Positions 41,566 through 52,206 are shown, numbered from the stretch's first letter. The stretch: 64,000 nucleotides of DNA from Syntrophales bacterium (GCA_963662405.2 CAXXKT010000001.1:704001-768000), one strand, 5' to 3'. Notes: generated by a model from the sequence alone, not told the origin. Translations and numbers: made by a program.

Positions 41566-42368
41566 CTAAAATTATAGCCCATCGGGGAGCGCGCAGCCTT
41601 GCCCCCGAAAACACCATGGCGGCGGCCCGTGCGGCTCGTGAGACAGGCGCCGATCTCTGGGAAACGGACGTTACGGTGACCGGGGACGGCAAGTTGATCC
41701 TCATGCACGACGACACCCTGGAGCGGACCACCGATGCACGCTCCCGATTCCCGGACCGCGAACCATGGTCCTGCGTCGCTTTTACCTTTGATGAGATTCG
41801 TTTCCTAGACGCGGGTTCCTGGTTTATTGAGACCGATCCCTTCGGCGGGATCGCGGCCGGCGTGGTGGATCCGAGCAAACTTTCAGCATTTCGCGGTGAG
41901 CGGGTCCCCACGGTACGGGAGGCCCTTCGCTTCACCGGTGACACCTCCTTTCCCGTCAATCTTGAATTGAAACACCTCCCGCCGGCCTGCGAGGGGTTCC
42001 CTCTCGTCGAACGGGTCCTGGCCATGATCGATGAACTTGGGGTAAACCACGGGCTCGTCCTCATCTCTTCCTTTCACCATGACTGGCTGCGCGAGATTCG
42101 GCAGGAAACACCATCGATTGCGGTGCAGGCCCTGATCGGTGAGTATCAGTACAAACAGATCGATTGGGACGGTCCCCTGGAGTTTGAAACATATAACATC
42201 GAGAATACCTTGATCAACGAAAAGCAGATACGCGCTTTGACCAAGCGGGGGATATCGCTGAATATCTTTACCGTCAATGATGGCGACGAGATGTTCCGAT
42301 TCGCGGGGTCGGGGGCAAGCGGTCTCTTCACGGACTTTCCGCAGCGGGCGGTGAGACTGTTTCGGTAA
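41562..42368 (+). CDS. glpQ: Cytoplasmic glycerophosphodiester phosphodiesterase
   Basis: IIAHRGA..APENT, ETDV, MHD.TL.RTT, FTVND, FTDFP. Confidence 0.9.
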   Translation: MTKIIAHRGARSLAPENTMAAARAARETGADLWETDVTVTGDGKLILMHDDTLERTTDARSRFPDREPWSCVAFTFDEIRFLDAGSWFIETDPFGGIAAGVVDPSKLSAFRGERVPTVREALRFTGDTSFPVNLELKHLPPACEGFPLVERVLAMIDELGVNHGLVLISSFHHDWLREIRQETPSIAVQALIGEYQYKQIDWDGPLEFETYNIENTLINEKQIRALTKRGISLNIFTVNDGDEMFRFAGSGASGLFTDFPQRAVRLFR

Positions 42369-42481
42369 CTGACGGCGTGTGACGCCCCGGTGTGGATCGA
42401 GCACTTCGCCCTTGCACCGATTTCGGTATTTTAGTACAAAACAGTGTAGCGTCCACCTGGTGCAGTGATTGGAGGCCCTTC

Positions 42482-43984
42482 ATGATCAAGACGGATGTCA
42501 TTATCATCGGCGGCGGCTCCACGGGGTGTGGGATCGCGCGGGACCTGGCACTGAGAGGTGTTCCTCACTGCCTGATCGAGAAGGGTGATTTCGCCGCCGG
42601 GGCAACGGGGGCCTGCCACGGGCTGCTGCACAGCGGTGGCCGTTACGCGGTGAACGACCCTGAAGCGGCGGCCGAGTGCATCGCCGAGAACATGATCCTG
42701 CGCCGGATCGGAGCGAAATGTGTCGAGCAGACGGGAGGGCTCTTTGTCCGTCTCCCCGGTGACTCAAAGCGATTCCGGGACCTCTTTCTGAAAAAGTGCG
42801 ACGAGGCGGGGATCGACACCGAGGAGCTTTCCCCGACCAGGGCGCTCGATCTCGTTCCCACCCTGAACCCGTCACTTGAAGAGGCAATCAGGGTCCCCGA
42901 CTGTTCCATCGACCCTTTCCGTTTGTGCCTGCTCAATATCACCTCGTCCCAGAAACGTGGCGGACAGATCCTGACCCATCACCGTGTCACGGAGATCCTC
43001 AAGGAGCATGGGCGATGCGTCGGCGTCAAGGCCCGTGAAGAGGTCACATCCGACATCAAAGAGATCAGGGGAAAGATCATTATCAATGCCACCGGCGCCT
43101 GGGGGGATCAGGTGGCACATCTGGCCGGTGGGAGCGTTCCCATTACCATGTCCAAGGGGAGCCTTGTCGTCACGAATCACCGGATCACCACTATGGTAAT
43201 CAACCGACTCAGGCCCCCCGCCGATGGCGACATTATCGTCCCCAACGAGGCGGTTTGTCTTGCCGGCACCACCTCCATCCCCGTGACCGACCCCGACAGG
43301 ATCGGCGTCGATCCGGCGGAAGTGAATCTGATCGCCACCGAAGCACAGCAGATGATCCCGGATTTCGAAACAACGCGCCTGATCAGAACGTACGCGGGGG
43401 TGCGTCCCCTCCTGAAGGCGAACGCGGAGGATGATCGGACCATATCCCGGGGATTCCGGATTATTGACCACCGGGATGGCCTGTTCAGCATTACGGGTGG
43501 AAAACTGACCACCTACCGGCTCATGGCGGAGAAGATGACCGATACGATCATGGCGGTCTTCGACCTGAAGGCGGCGTGCCGGACGGCGGAGTTCCCGCTT
43601 GAAGGACAGGAGGAACTGAGCGGGTATCCCCTCTCCAACCGTTTGAAGAGCCTTGATAATATCGTTTGTGAATGCGAACTGGTAACGGCGTCCGCGGTGG
43701 AACGGGTAGCGGCACAGATCGGCACCCGGCATATCGGCGACATCCAGCACCGGACACGGCTGGGGATGGGACCCTGCCAGGGAGGATTCTGCACGTACCG
43801 GGCGCTGGGGATCATGCAGGCAAAGGGAAAGATGACCCCGGGCGAATCAATGCGCATGCTCAGGGAATTCCTCCAGAGACGATTCAAGGGGATCAAGCCG
43901 GCCCTCTGGGGTGATCAGCTCCGCGAGGAACAACTGATAGAGAGCATCTACCTCGGTATCCTCAACATGGAGCAGGGGCAATGA
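42482..43984 (+). CDS. glpA: Anaerobic glycerol-3-phosphate dehydrogenase subunit A
   Basis: IGGGSTG, HGLLHSGGRY, GGKLTTYRLMAE, VCECE...RLGMGPCQG.FC. Confidence 0.93.
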   Translation: MIKTDVIIIGGGSTGCGIARDLALRGVPHCLIEKGDFAAGATGACHGLLHSGGRYAVNDPEAAAECIAENMILRRIGAKCVEQTGGLFVRLPGDSKRFRDLFLKKCDEAGIDTEELSPTRALDLVPTLNPSLEEAIRVPDCSIDPFRLCLLNITSSQKRGGQILTHHRVTEILKEHGRCVGVKAREEVTSDIKEIRGKIIINATGAWGDQVAHLAGGSVPITMSKGSLVVTNHRITTMVINRLRPPADGDIIVPNEAVCLAGTTSIPVTDPDRIGVDPAEVNLIATEAQQMIPDFETTRLIRTYAGVRPLLKANAEDDRTISRGFRIIDHRDGLFSITGGKLTTYRLMAEKMTDTIMAVFDLKAACRTAEFPLEGQEELSGYPLSNRLKSLDNIVCECELVTASAVERVAAQIGTRHIGDIQHRTRLGMGPCQGGFCTYRALGIMQAKGKMTPGESMRMLREFLQRRFKGIKPALWGDQLREEQLIESIYLGILNMEQGQ

Positions 43985-45174
43985 GTGTCACATACGATGC
44001 GGTGATTATAGGGGGGGGGATATCGGGGTTGATGGCGGCGATCACTCTCGCCGATGCGGGGAGAAAGGTCGCGGTTCTTTCCAAGGGTGACCCCGCCTGC
44101 TGTTTCTCGACCGGGTGTGTCGATCTGCTCGCGGCTCATGTCGACCCCCTCGAGGGGATCTCCTCCCTCCCGGAGCAGCATCCGTATCACCTCGTGGGAG
44201 AAACAACCATCATCGAGGCGCTTGAGCGGTTCCGCGCGATCATGTCCGAGGGGGGGATGCCCTATGTGGGGGATTGTCGCGCCAACCGGCGGGTCCTGAC
44301 CTCTCTTGGGCGATGCAAGGTCACCTGTCTGGTCCCTCAAACGATGGCGTTTGCCGACGTCGATCCCGATACCCGTCTCCGCGTCCTCTCTTTCAAAAGA
44401 ATAAAGGACTTCTACCCCCAGTACATCACGGCACGGTACCCAAACGCTACATATTCAACGTATGACGCGGGTGTCACCACCACGGCGGGGATCGCCGGGC
44501 GGTTCGAAGACATTCAGTTCCTGGAAGGATTCATCACGTGGTTGCAGCGTCTCAATATACAGGAGGAGCGCATCGCCTTGCCGGCCGTCCTGGGAAGACA
44601 GTTCGCCGGGGAGGTATACGACAGGATAACGGCAGTATGCGACCGTCCCCTCTTCGAGATACCGACCTTGCCCCCATCCATGCCGGGGCTGCGGTTGTTC
44701 GGGGGACTGAAGCAGGCCCTTCTGCAGCGGAATGGCGATCTCTACTGGGGTCGGGAGATATACAGCGTGGAGCGGACCGATCACCAAATCGAAGCCGTGA
44801 CACTCGCCGGCACCGGACGGGCCACCCGGGTGGAGGGAAAGACCTTTATCCTCGCCACCGGTTCTCTGGTCAGCGGCGGTCTGCACGCCTCCATGGAGAA
44901 GGTGACTGAAACGGTCTTTAATCTGCCCACATACCTTCCCGGTACGCGGAAGTCCTGGTTTCACGATGATTTCTTTGCACCCGGCCATGAAATCGAAAAG
45001 ACGGGAATCCGGGTCGATCCATCCTTCAGACCACTCGATACGGATATAGAGAATTTGCATGTCTGCGGCAGCATCCTGGCCTTTTCGGAGGTCATGAAAT
45101 ACCGGTGCGGCCACGGGATAGCCATCGCGACGGGAGTGGCAGCCGCGCGGGCGTGTGGGGGACTGGACTCGTGA
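43981..45174 (+). CDS. glpB: Anaerobic glycerol-3-phosphate dehydrogenase subunit B
   Basis: GGGISG, LPAVLG, EIPTLPPSMPGLRL, LATG...GGL. Confidence 0.92.
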   Translation: MSVTYDAVIIGGGISGLMAAITLADAGRKVAVLSKGDPACCFSTGCVDLLAAHVDPLEGISSLPEQHPYHLVGETTIIEALERFRAIMSEGGMPYVGDCRANRRVLTSLGRCKVTCLVPQTMAFADVDPDTRLRVLSFKRIKDFYPQYITARYPNATYSTYDAGVTTTAGIAGRFEDIQFLEGFITWLQRLNIQEERIALPAVLGRQFAGEVYDRITAVCDRPLFEIPTLPPSMPGLRLFGGLKQALLQRNGDLYWGREIYSVERTDHQIEAVTLAGTGRATRVEGKTFILATGSLVSGGLHASMEKVTETVFNLPTYLPGTRKSWFHDDFFAPGHEIEKTGIRVDPSFRPLDTDIENLHVCGSILAFSEVMKYRCGHGIAIATGVAAARACGGLDS

Positions 45175-46373
45175 ATATCGATTACCAGCACTGCATCCGG
45201 TGCACCACCTGTGTGGCGAACTGCCCCGTCTTCAAGGTGAATCCGGCCTTCCCCGGTCCCAAGCAGTCCGGTCCCGACGCCGAGCGATTCCGTTCGGATG
45301 ACGAGGCATCCATCGACCAATGGGTCCGCCTTTGCAACCAGTGCAAACGATGCTCGGTGGCCTGTCCCTACGGGGTCAATCCGGCAGAGATCATCCTCCG
45401 GGAGCAGACCCGGTACGGCGAGGGCCATTTCAGGCCGCTCTCCCAGCACCTCTTTGCCAACAACTACTGGCTGGGGGCCCTCAACTCACTGTTCGCCCCC
45501 GTGGTCAACCTCCTCACACCGCGGGGATTCGTCAAACGGGTGCTCCCCGTTTTCGGCCTCTCGTCCGCTCTCCCCTTTCCCCGCTATTCCGCACATTCGA
45601 TGAACAGGAGCTGGCGATGGAAAGGACCCCGGAGAAGCCGCCGAAAAATCGTATATTTCTACGGCTGTTTTATCAACTACAACCGCCCCGATATCGGCCG
45701 GGGGGTACGCGACCTTCTCGCGTCGCTTGGAGTCAGGGTCGTGATCCCCAGGCAGGTCTGCTGCGGTCTCCCCGCCCTGGGCAACGGAGACCTGGAAACC
45801 GCCCGCGCCTTTGCCCGGAAAAATGCCCGCATCCTCGCGGGATACATCGACAAGGGGTATGATGTAATCTATACCTGTACGTCATGCGGTCTCTCCCTGA
45901 TCCAGGATTATCCGGGGATTCTCGATGTGCCTGACGGGAAAAAGATCGCCGAAAATACCTACAATCTTCATGAATACATCCTGAAGCTGATTGACGAGGA
46001 ATCTATAAACCCGGTGTTTGCTCCCCTGCACCGGCGCGTGGCCTATCACATCCCCTGCCACCTCCGCGCGTTGGGAATTGGGTATCCGGCGGCACGGCTC
46101 CTCAAGCGGATCCCCGGTCTTGAAATCCACGTCCTTGAGGACAACTGTTGCGGGCTTGCCGGCAGTTATGGATTTAAACGGAAGAACGAGGGGACCTCAA
46201 CGAGGCTGGGGGCCGATGCGGCACGGGCAATCCGGGCCGTCAAACCGGATATCCTGATGACGGACTGCGGGGCATGCAAGATGCAGCTTTCTTACTTTTC
46301 AGGGGTTTCAGCTTGCGATCCCTCCGAGGTCTTGAGAGAGTCCCTGGAACAGGCCAAAGAGGGAACCACCTGA
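45171..46373 (+). CDS. glpC: Anaerobic glycerol-3-phosphate dehydrogenase subunit C
   Basis: Two CxxCxxCxxxCP motifs, GPKQSGPD, two CCG domains. Confidence 0.93.
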   Translation: MNIDYQHCIRCTTCVANCPVFKVNPAFPGPKQSGPDAERFRSDDEASIDQWVRLCNQCKRCSVACPYGVNPAEIILREQTRYGEGHFRPLSQHLFANNYWLGALNSLFAPVVNLLTPRGFVKRVLPVFGLSSALPFPRYSAHSMNRSWRWKGPRRSRRKIVYFYGCFINYNRPDIGRGVRDLLASLGVRVVIPRQVCCGLPALGNGDLETARAFARKNARILAGYIDKGYDVIYTCTSCGLSLIQDYPGILDVPDGKKIAENTYNLHEYILKLIDEESINPVFAPLHRRVAYHIPCHLRALGIGYPAARLLKRIPGLEIHVLEDNCCGLAGSYGFKRKNEGTSTRLGADAARAIRAVKPDILMTDCGACKMQLSYFSGVSACDPSEVLRESLEQAKEGTT

Positions 46374-46491
46374 GAGGAAACCGGCGAGCCCGGATATCTC
46401 TTTTCACAAAATGGAACAACGCTGCCACCATATAGCGCTAAAGAAGTCAGTGGACTAACCGATATCTTTGTCAACACCCAAGGAGAAAACC

Positions 46492-47949
46492 ATGAGAACA
46501 CTATTCAAGACACTGACACCGGCGTTCTTCCTTGCGATCTGCATGATGCTCCTCCCCGTCGGGGGACATGCCGAAACATTTCCCGAGGTGATGTTTATCC
46601 TGGATGCTTCCGGGAGCATGTGGGGACCGTGCGACGGACAAACCAGGATCGAGGCCGCCCGGAGCGTCTTCGAACAGGTGGTCCCTTCACTTCCCTCGGA
46701 GGTCAAGGTCGGATTGACCGCTTACGGGCATAACCGCACGGGTGACTGCTCGGATGTCGAGATCCTCATCCCGACCGGCAGCGAAGGGAGAAAAGCCCTC
46801 CTGGATCGTATTATGACCATCAATCCCACGGGAATGACCCCGATGGCAATATCCGTCAAGATGGTCGCCGATACCCTGAGAATCAAGGAGGGCGAGACAA
46901 CGATCGTCCTGGTCAGTGACGGGAAAGAAACCTGCGACAAAGATCCGTGCGGCGTGGTCCGGTCTCTGAAGGCTTCCGGGATCAAGTTTATCCTCCATGT
47001 CGTGGGCTTCGGAGTAAAGTCAGAAGAAAAGGAACAACTGGCATGCATGGCGGAGGCGGGGGGCGGTCAATACTTCGGGGCGGAGAACGCGGAGAGTCTT
47101 CTTGCAGCCCTCGAGGAGGTGAAGAAAGAAGTCGCCGTCAAGGTAGAAAAGGCAAAGACAACAAAGAAAAAGGCAACCTCAAGGCTGGGCAAGCTCACCG
47201 TCAAACTTCCCAAGTCAGGAACAGTGAGCATGCATGCCTTCAAGATAGTCCGTTCAAAGGACGGCACGGTGATCAAGACCATCGAGAGTCCGTCTGAGGA
47301 TTCGACCCATCCCCTCCTCACCGGTGATTACGAGATCGTCGCGGCATTCGCCAATCCCAATTGCCAGGATCCTACGGAGGTGTCCTTCGGAACGGTCACC
47401 GTCACGGGGGGAGAAACAGCCACGTTGGAACTGGGGGTCATGACCTTGAACATCGCCGACTCGTTGAAGGAGATACCCGTCGACGCCGTCAATGTCTGCC
47501 GAAGGGGGACATCCGATCCACTCCTGACCCTCCTCCACCACGGGAACGGCTATTACCTCTTCAAGCCGAAACCGCTCCCCGCAGGAGAGTACTCGCTCTC
47601 TTTCACCTATTCGAGGAGTCCCGGTCCCACTCCTATCGCACACGACATCACGATAGAAGCCGGGAAGGAATCGGTTGTCACGATCGATTCCGGTATCGGA
47701 CTGCAGAAACCGTCGGGAAAGGACGTCAACGTGCACGGGTGGAACCTTGCCCCGACCGGGAGCGAGAAACCCGCTCTGCAGGTGCGGAGGAGATGGGACA
47801 ACAACTACCCTCTCTGGAAGGTCTTCGCGGTTCCCCCCGGGACATACGATCTCTCCGTCCTCCTCAAAGGGATGGAAGAACCCCTGCCCGTGGGTGAGGG
47901 GCTGTCGATCTCCAGGGGGGATCTGCTGCTGTTTGATTCGGGGCTGTAA
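46492..47949 (+). CDS. Secreted VWA-domain protein with C-terminal beta-sandwich repeats
   Basis: Signal peptide; MIDAS motif DASGS, GMTP, LVSDGKETC. Confidence 0.85.
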   Translation: MRTLFKTLTPAFFLAICMMLLPVGGHAETFPEVMFILDASGSMWGPCDGQTRIEAARSVFEQVVPSLPSEVKVGLTAYGHNRTGDCSDVEILIPTGSEGRKALLDRIMTINPTGMTPMAISVKMVADTLRIKEGETTIVLVSDGKETCDKDPCGVVRSLKASGIKFILHVVGFGVKSEEKEQLACMAEAGGGQYFGAENAESLLAALEEVKKEVAVKVEKAKTTKKKATSRLGKLTVKLPKSGTVSMHAFKIVRSKDGTVIKTIESPSEDSTHPLLTGDYEIVAAFANPNCQDPTEVSFGTVTVTGGETATLELGVMTLNIADSLKEIPVDAVNVCRRGTSDPLLTLLHHGNGYYLFKPKPLPAGEYSLSFTYSRSPGPTPIAHDITIEAGKESVVTIDSGIGLQKPSGKDVNVHGWNLAPTGSEKPALQVRRRWDNNYPLWKVFAVPPGTYDLSVLLKGMEEPLPVGEGLSISRGDLLLFDSGL

Positions 47950-47988
47950 GGTCCGGGGCACGGCAAATCATATATCAAGGAGGTTAGG

Positions 47989-48237
47989 ATGTTCAGAAAG
48001 TCAAGGATCGCTCTTTTCGTGTGCTTCGCGGTTCTTCCCGCGTTTTTAGCAACCTCGTGCTATATCAGACCCCCCAAGCCGAGTCCGGGCCATGTATGGG
48101 TAAAACCACACAAGAATCCCGCCGGTACTCACGTGAAAGGACACTGGAAACACGCCCCGGCACCCCGGCAGGGAGCCGTGTGGGTCCCGGGCCATTACGG
48201 ACCCAAGGGACGATGGATCGACGGTCACTGGCGCTAG
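47989..48237 (+). CDS. Small YXWGXW-repeat lipoprotein
   Basis: RBS AGGAGG; lipobox ATSC; WVKPH, VKGHW, WVPGHY and WIDGHWR repeats. Confidence 0.8.
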   Translation: MFRKSRIALFVCFAVLPAFLATSCYIRPPKPSPGHVWVKPHKNPAGTHVKGHWKHAPAPRQGAVWVPGHYGPKGRWIDGHWR

Positions 48238-48678
48238 ATACCGGGAACGGTGAGGAGGTCCCGATCTGCCATGCGGCTTCCACCGGGCACATGGGAAGAT
48301 CGAGGGACTCCGCCCGTTCAATCAGGACCGTGTTTCACGGCGGCGGTAGCGGTTTGCACGTTCCAGACCTGCCGTGTGAAGAGAACGGTGATTATCCCCT
48401 TCTGTGTCCTCCTTTCGGGTGAAAGAGAGCAACTCTGGTCTGGCACATCGCATTACCGCTCGGAAAAACCATCATCTCAACCCCAAAGATTGTGGCGAAC
48501 TATCCGATAAAGCGATTGGAAAATCCTGCCAACAGCCATGACCACTCGTTCTTTGATTGCATCATCAGATTGCTTTACCTTTATCGCCGGGGATTTTTCA
48601 GGTCTTGGGGTATGGAAAGATGGGGGAAATTATCTGATATCGGGGGGGGTCAATGCCGGGGATCACGATACAAAAAGT

Positions 48679-48717
48679 GAGGGTCTTTCTGGAGGGTCTT
48701 TCTGGAGGGTCTTTCTG
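48679..48717. repeat. Perfect 13-bp tandem repeat x3 (GAGGGTCTTTCTG)
   Basis: Read directly: units start at 48679, 48692 and 48705. Confidence 0.95.
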
Positions 48718-48725
48718 TAACGTTT

Positions 48726-49200
48726 TTGCAAACAGATACACCAAGTCGGTCGGTGAGTGTGCCCTTGGGCGCGATTGACGAACTCGTTGAATTTTTGCGC
48801 TTGCTGAATCCTGACGAGGTCGAACGACGCACAGCGTTTCGAGTCGTTATTCCCCGTTCAATTGACCTTATGGCCAGGATCGCATTCAAAGGGAAAACCT
48901 GGTCGGTCATTCCCATTGATCTCAGCCTGGCAGGAATCCTGGTTGAGCTTTCTCAGCCGGATGTGGTCGATATAGCAGTGGATACCGTCATTGGGATAGA
49001 ACTGCGGGTGAACGATAAGAGATCGGTGCTCACCGGCCTTGTCCGTCGGATAAACCCTAACCAGTACGGTATCTTGTTCGTGGAGTCGCTGAAAAACGGA
49101 GAGCTGAGCCCCCCCGGAATCCCTCGTTGGTATCTACAAGACAATTGAACGGGAATGGTTGCGAACGAGGGTGGGTGCGGAACAATGGAAAGGCACCTGA
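48726..49200 (+). CDS. PilZ-domain protein; probable frameshift in the C run at ~49110; start uncertain
   Basis: RRTAFR (RxxxR) and DLSLAG (DxSxxG). The alternative frame gives the tail PPESLVGIYKTIEREWLR. Confidence 0.7.
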
Positions 49201-49225
49201 ACGCTCCAGCTACCCCCGCTGACTG

Positions 49226-50617
49226 TCAAAATAATAGCGGATATATCGAAGGGAGTATGAAGGGCGGAGGCCTAAATTCATATCCTCCGATATCGTACCC
49301 TGTGCCTTGAGGTCGAGCGGTGCCGCCAAAATCGATCAAAGGCGCATCCACGGTCCTCCCGGTATCGATTGCCGGACTCGACGGATTGAGATGTAAATCG
49401 AAGTTATCCGCGTCCACGAAAATCGCACCGGCGGTGGAGGCGATCAATGAATGCTCATCCTGACCACTGTAGGTGGTCCAGCTCCCGTTGTTGATATCGT
49501 TCAGAGAAAACTCGTCTACATATCCCACGGTGATCGCCCTGCCGCCGCCATTATCATTGTGAAAAAGGTTGTAATCTCCCCGATAATTATTCGCCGTGTA
49601 TTCCTCGAATCCCAGGCCGATATTGTCACCCCCTGCTAGGATCGTATTGTACATATGCAGCGAATCATTCCTATTCTCCACCCATATGTTCCACGTTTCG
49701 CTGTCCATGAAGGTGCAATTGATGACAGTGGTAGTGCCCGGTTCTTCGTCCCAGTCCAGTTCCAGATTGTTCGTCGTATTATGATAGCCGATGCAGTTGA
49801 TCAGATCGACACGGTCAGTCCAGACCTTATACCCGGTGTTCCAACAATCGTGGGCGGAGCATCTGCTCAGGATGGTGCCCGGCGCACTGATATCGAATCC
49901 GTCGTAGACGTCGTAGGCACTGCAGCGATTGAATGTGAATCCGTTCTGCGTGCCGTGACCCAGGGCAAATCCATCCGCGTTTTGCTCATGATCGCGGGCC
50001 GTGTGGGCAATGCAGTCATTCAAGGTGCCGTTATAACAGTTGTTCCCTTCGGCAGGCGAAGCATCGAAGCCGAAAAGGTCGAAGTGATGTATCTGAATCC
50101 GATTCAAAACGAAATCGTGCGTACCGTTGGCGGCACCGATGCCGTATGGGACTTCGTGCACCACGCAGTCGTTGAGCTCTACGTGGGCGGCATTCCACAT
50201 CCATATGCCGGTATCGTTCCAATGGCGGATTGTCAGACCGTTCAGAGTGATATACGAATGGGCTATGGTGAAACCGTTGTTGCCGGTTGTGACGTCGGTC
50301 CCGTCGATGATGGGAGTCTCACTCGGATACGCGGAAAAGACGATATGTCCTGCTGAGGTGCTCCCATCCCTTCGCGTTTCCACTCCTTCGTAATAAATGC
50401 CTCCCCGGATATACGCATAATCACCCCCTGCCATCGCGTCGGCGGCATGTTGAATGGTGCGCCAGGGGCTGTCTATCGTACCCGGGCATACATCATTGCC
50501 GGACGGTGATACATAGTATGTCGCCGCGCAGACATGACCGCATGTCAGAATCATGACGACAAAGAACGCCAGACTCGCCAGATGTGCTGCCTTGGTAGTG
50601 TCAAGAATCTTTCGCAC
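49226..50617 (-). CDS. Secreted right-handed beta-helix protein with choice-of-anchor Q-like C-terminus
   Basis: Signal peptide; YYVSPSGND..PGTIDSPWRTIQHA; DLHL...SPAIDTG...D..G..RPQG..YDIGGYE. Confidence 0.8.
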   Translation of the reverse strand: MRKILDTTKAAHLASLAFFVVMILTCGHVCAATYYVSPSGNDVCPGTIDSPWRTIQHAADAMAGGDYAYIRGGIYYEGVETRRDGSTSAGHIVFSAYPSETPIIDGTDVTTGNNGFTIAHSYITLNGLTIRHWNDTGIWMWNAAHVELNDCVVHEVPYGIGAANGTHDFVLNRIQIHHFDLFGFDASPAEGNNCYNGTLNDCIAHTARDHEQNADGFALGHGTQNGFTFNRCSAYDVYDGFDISAPGTILSRCSAHDCWNTGYKVWTDRVDLINCIGYHNTTNNLELDWDEEPGTTTVINCTFMDSETWNIWVENRNDSLHMYNTILAGGDNIGLGFEEYTANNYRGDYNLFHNDNGGGRAITVGYVDEFSLNDINNGSWTTYSGQDEHSLIASTAGAIFVDADNFDLHLNPSSPAIDTGRTVDAPLIDFGGTARPQGTGYDIGGYEFRPPPFILPSIYPLLF

Positions 50618-51198
50618 TTTTGATTGATTAATCCTTCGATCCAGCTATGTCGAAGCTCAATGCTTCGAGTGCCTCCATCACTCCGGGCGCACTGAACCTT
50701 CACGCTCCTATTTACAATGTTTCCGGCTCATCTGTCCATATCCAAATAATATCGGGTTTCCCACTCAAGTCGCCCCCGGTTTAACCGGGTCCATCGATGG
50801 GCATCAATGTGTTGCAGCTTTGCTCATTATCAATTCAAGTATTGACAATCCTGACTCCATCCTTTGAAAATCTTCGCTTCCATCGTTTTACGGTCTAACA
50901 GTCTTTCCGACTCGCGAATCCTGGCCCGTTATTTCTTCGTCTCGAATGTTGGGACAACACCCAGCTCCCGCTTTCACTGCGGAGAGTGAGCTTTCATGTA
51001 ACAAACTAATATATAATATCATTTATTGGCTTAAATTCGCACCCACATAACAGAAGAATATAGGCTACTCTCCGCGAACAAGCGTGAGAACAAAGTTTTT
51101 AACTCACCAACCAACCTTGAATGTGTCAGACTCGCGGCGCTACGACTGCATTTAATAAGTGTAACTATAAATGATAAGAATGCTTTTCTCCTCTGATC

Positions 51199-51918
51199 TT
51201 ACTTGCCGAAGGGGAGCTTGAGGCCCTTCAGTTTGTCCCCCAGATCTTTGGGCAGGGAAAATCCCCCGCTGCCCTCTTCCGCTTCTTCCTCATCCGAACC
51301 GGCGAACAAGGTCATAATACTCCCAACTTTCTGATACCCATCGGGAATTTCGAAAAGTTTCGTGGGCTGTTTTCCCTCTTTGATATTTCTCAACTCGGTG
51401 ATATTCCCATCCTCCGATTGTGTGCGAAGGGGCATATCCAGTTTCTTCGAAATCCATACCGTCGAGCGGTGTTTCTTTTTAAAACCCAAGATTTCAACAA
51501 CAGTTTCAACCTCTTTTTTGGTACATTTAAATCCGTTGACTTTTTCGGTCCCCAGGTTTTTTTCGACCTTTGACTTGACCATTCCCTTGACTGTCTGTTC
51601 CCACTCTTCTTCCTTCAGGGGACGTTCGAAATACTTCTTGCCTGTGGGGTTGAGCATCCAATACAGATCGAGGTCTTTGCGCATAATCATGAGCATCGTT
51701 CCCTTCCCATCCGGGGAGCGTATCTCCATCCGAACCGTATCCGGGGTAACATATAACATTCCATGATGCTCGACGGTCTCGCTGGGGGTCAGGCTCACCT
51801 GTTCGGCGGAATAATGTGTTATCTTGGCGTCGACGGGTCCTGCCATTACAAGCACTATCGTCATGATAATCCAGCTAACGATCAACCAGTTCCTGGTCTT
51901 GTCTTTGTTCCTCCGCAT
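51199..51918 (-). CDS. Exported DUF4412-like protein
   Basis: Signal peptide; LGTEKVNGFKCTK, VWIS...MPLR, LFEIPDGYQK. Confidence 0.7.
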   Translation of the reverse strand: MRRNKDKTRNWLIVSWIIMTIVLVMAGPVDAKITHYSAEQVSLTPSETVEHHGMLYVTPDTVRMEIRSPDGKGTMLMIMRKDLDLYWMLNPTGKKYFERPLKEEEWEQTVKGMVKSKVEKNLGTEKVNGFKCTKKEVETVVEILGFKKKHRSTVWISKKLDMPLRTQSEDGNITELRNIKEGKQPTKLFEIPDGYQKVGSIMTLFAGSDEEEAEEGSGGFSLPKDLGDKLKGLKLPFGK

Positions 51919-52178
51919 AATCCCCTCCCTCGTCGTTATTCACTGCAAATTCAATACACGCGTAATTTGAAGCGGATCCGTCCTGTCGGCAGGAGACGGA
52001 TTCCCCCAAAAAAACGGATGTGATTCAAGCTCCATCGTGGTATAGAATATATTCATAGCATAAACGAGGAGTATCATCCATAGAGATTTGAATCTATACC
52101 ATTGCCGCTTGTGAAGCCTGTGACAACCGGTTTGGTGTAAAAAAAAACGATGGATGTAACGGATAAGGTATTTATCTG

Positions 52179-52206
52179 TTGACAAACAAGGCTGGATTCC
52201 TATAAT
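52179..52206 (+). promoter_or_regulatory. Sigma70 promoter of rplU-rpmA
   Basis: TTGACA-16 nt-TATAAT, both hexamers exact. Confidence 0.85.
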
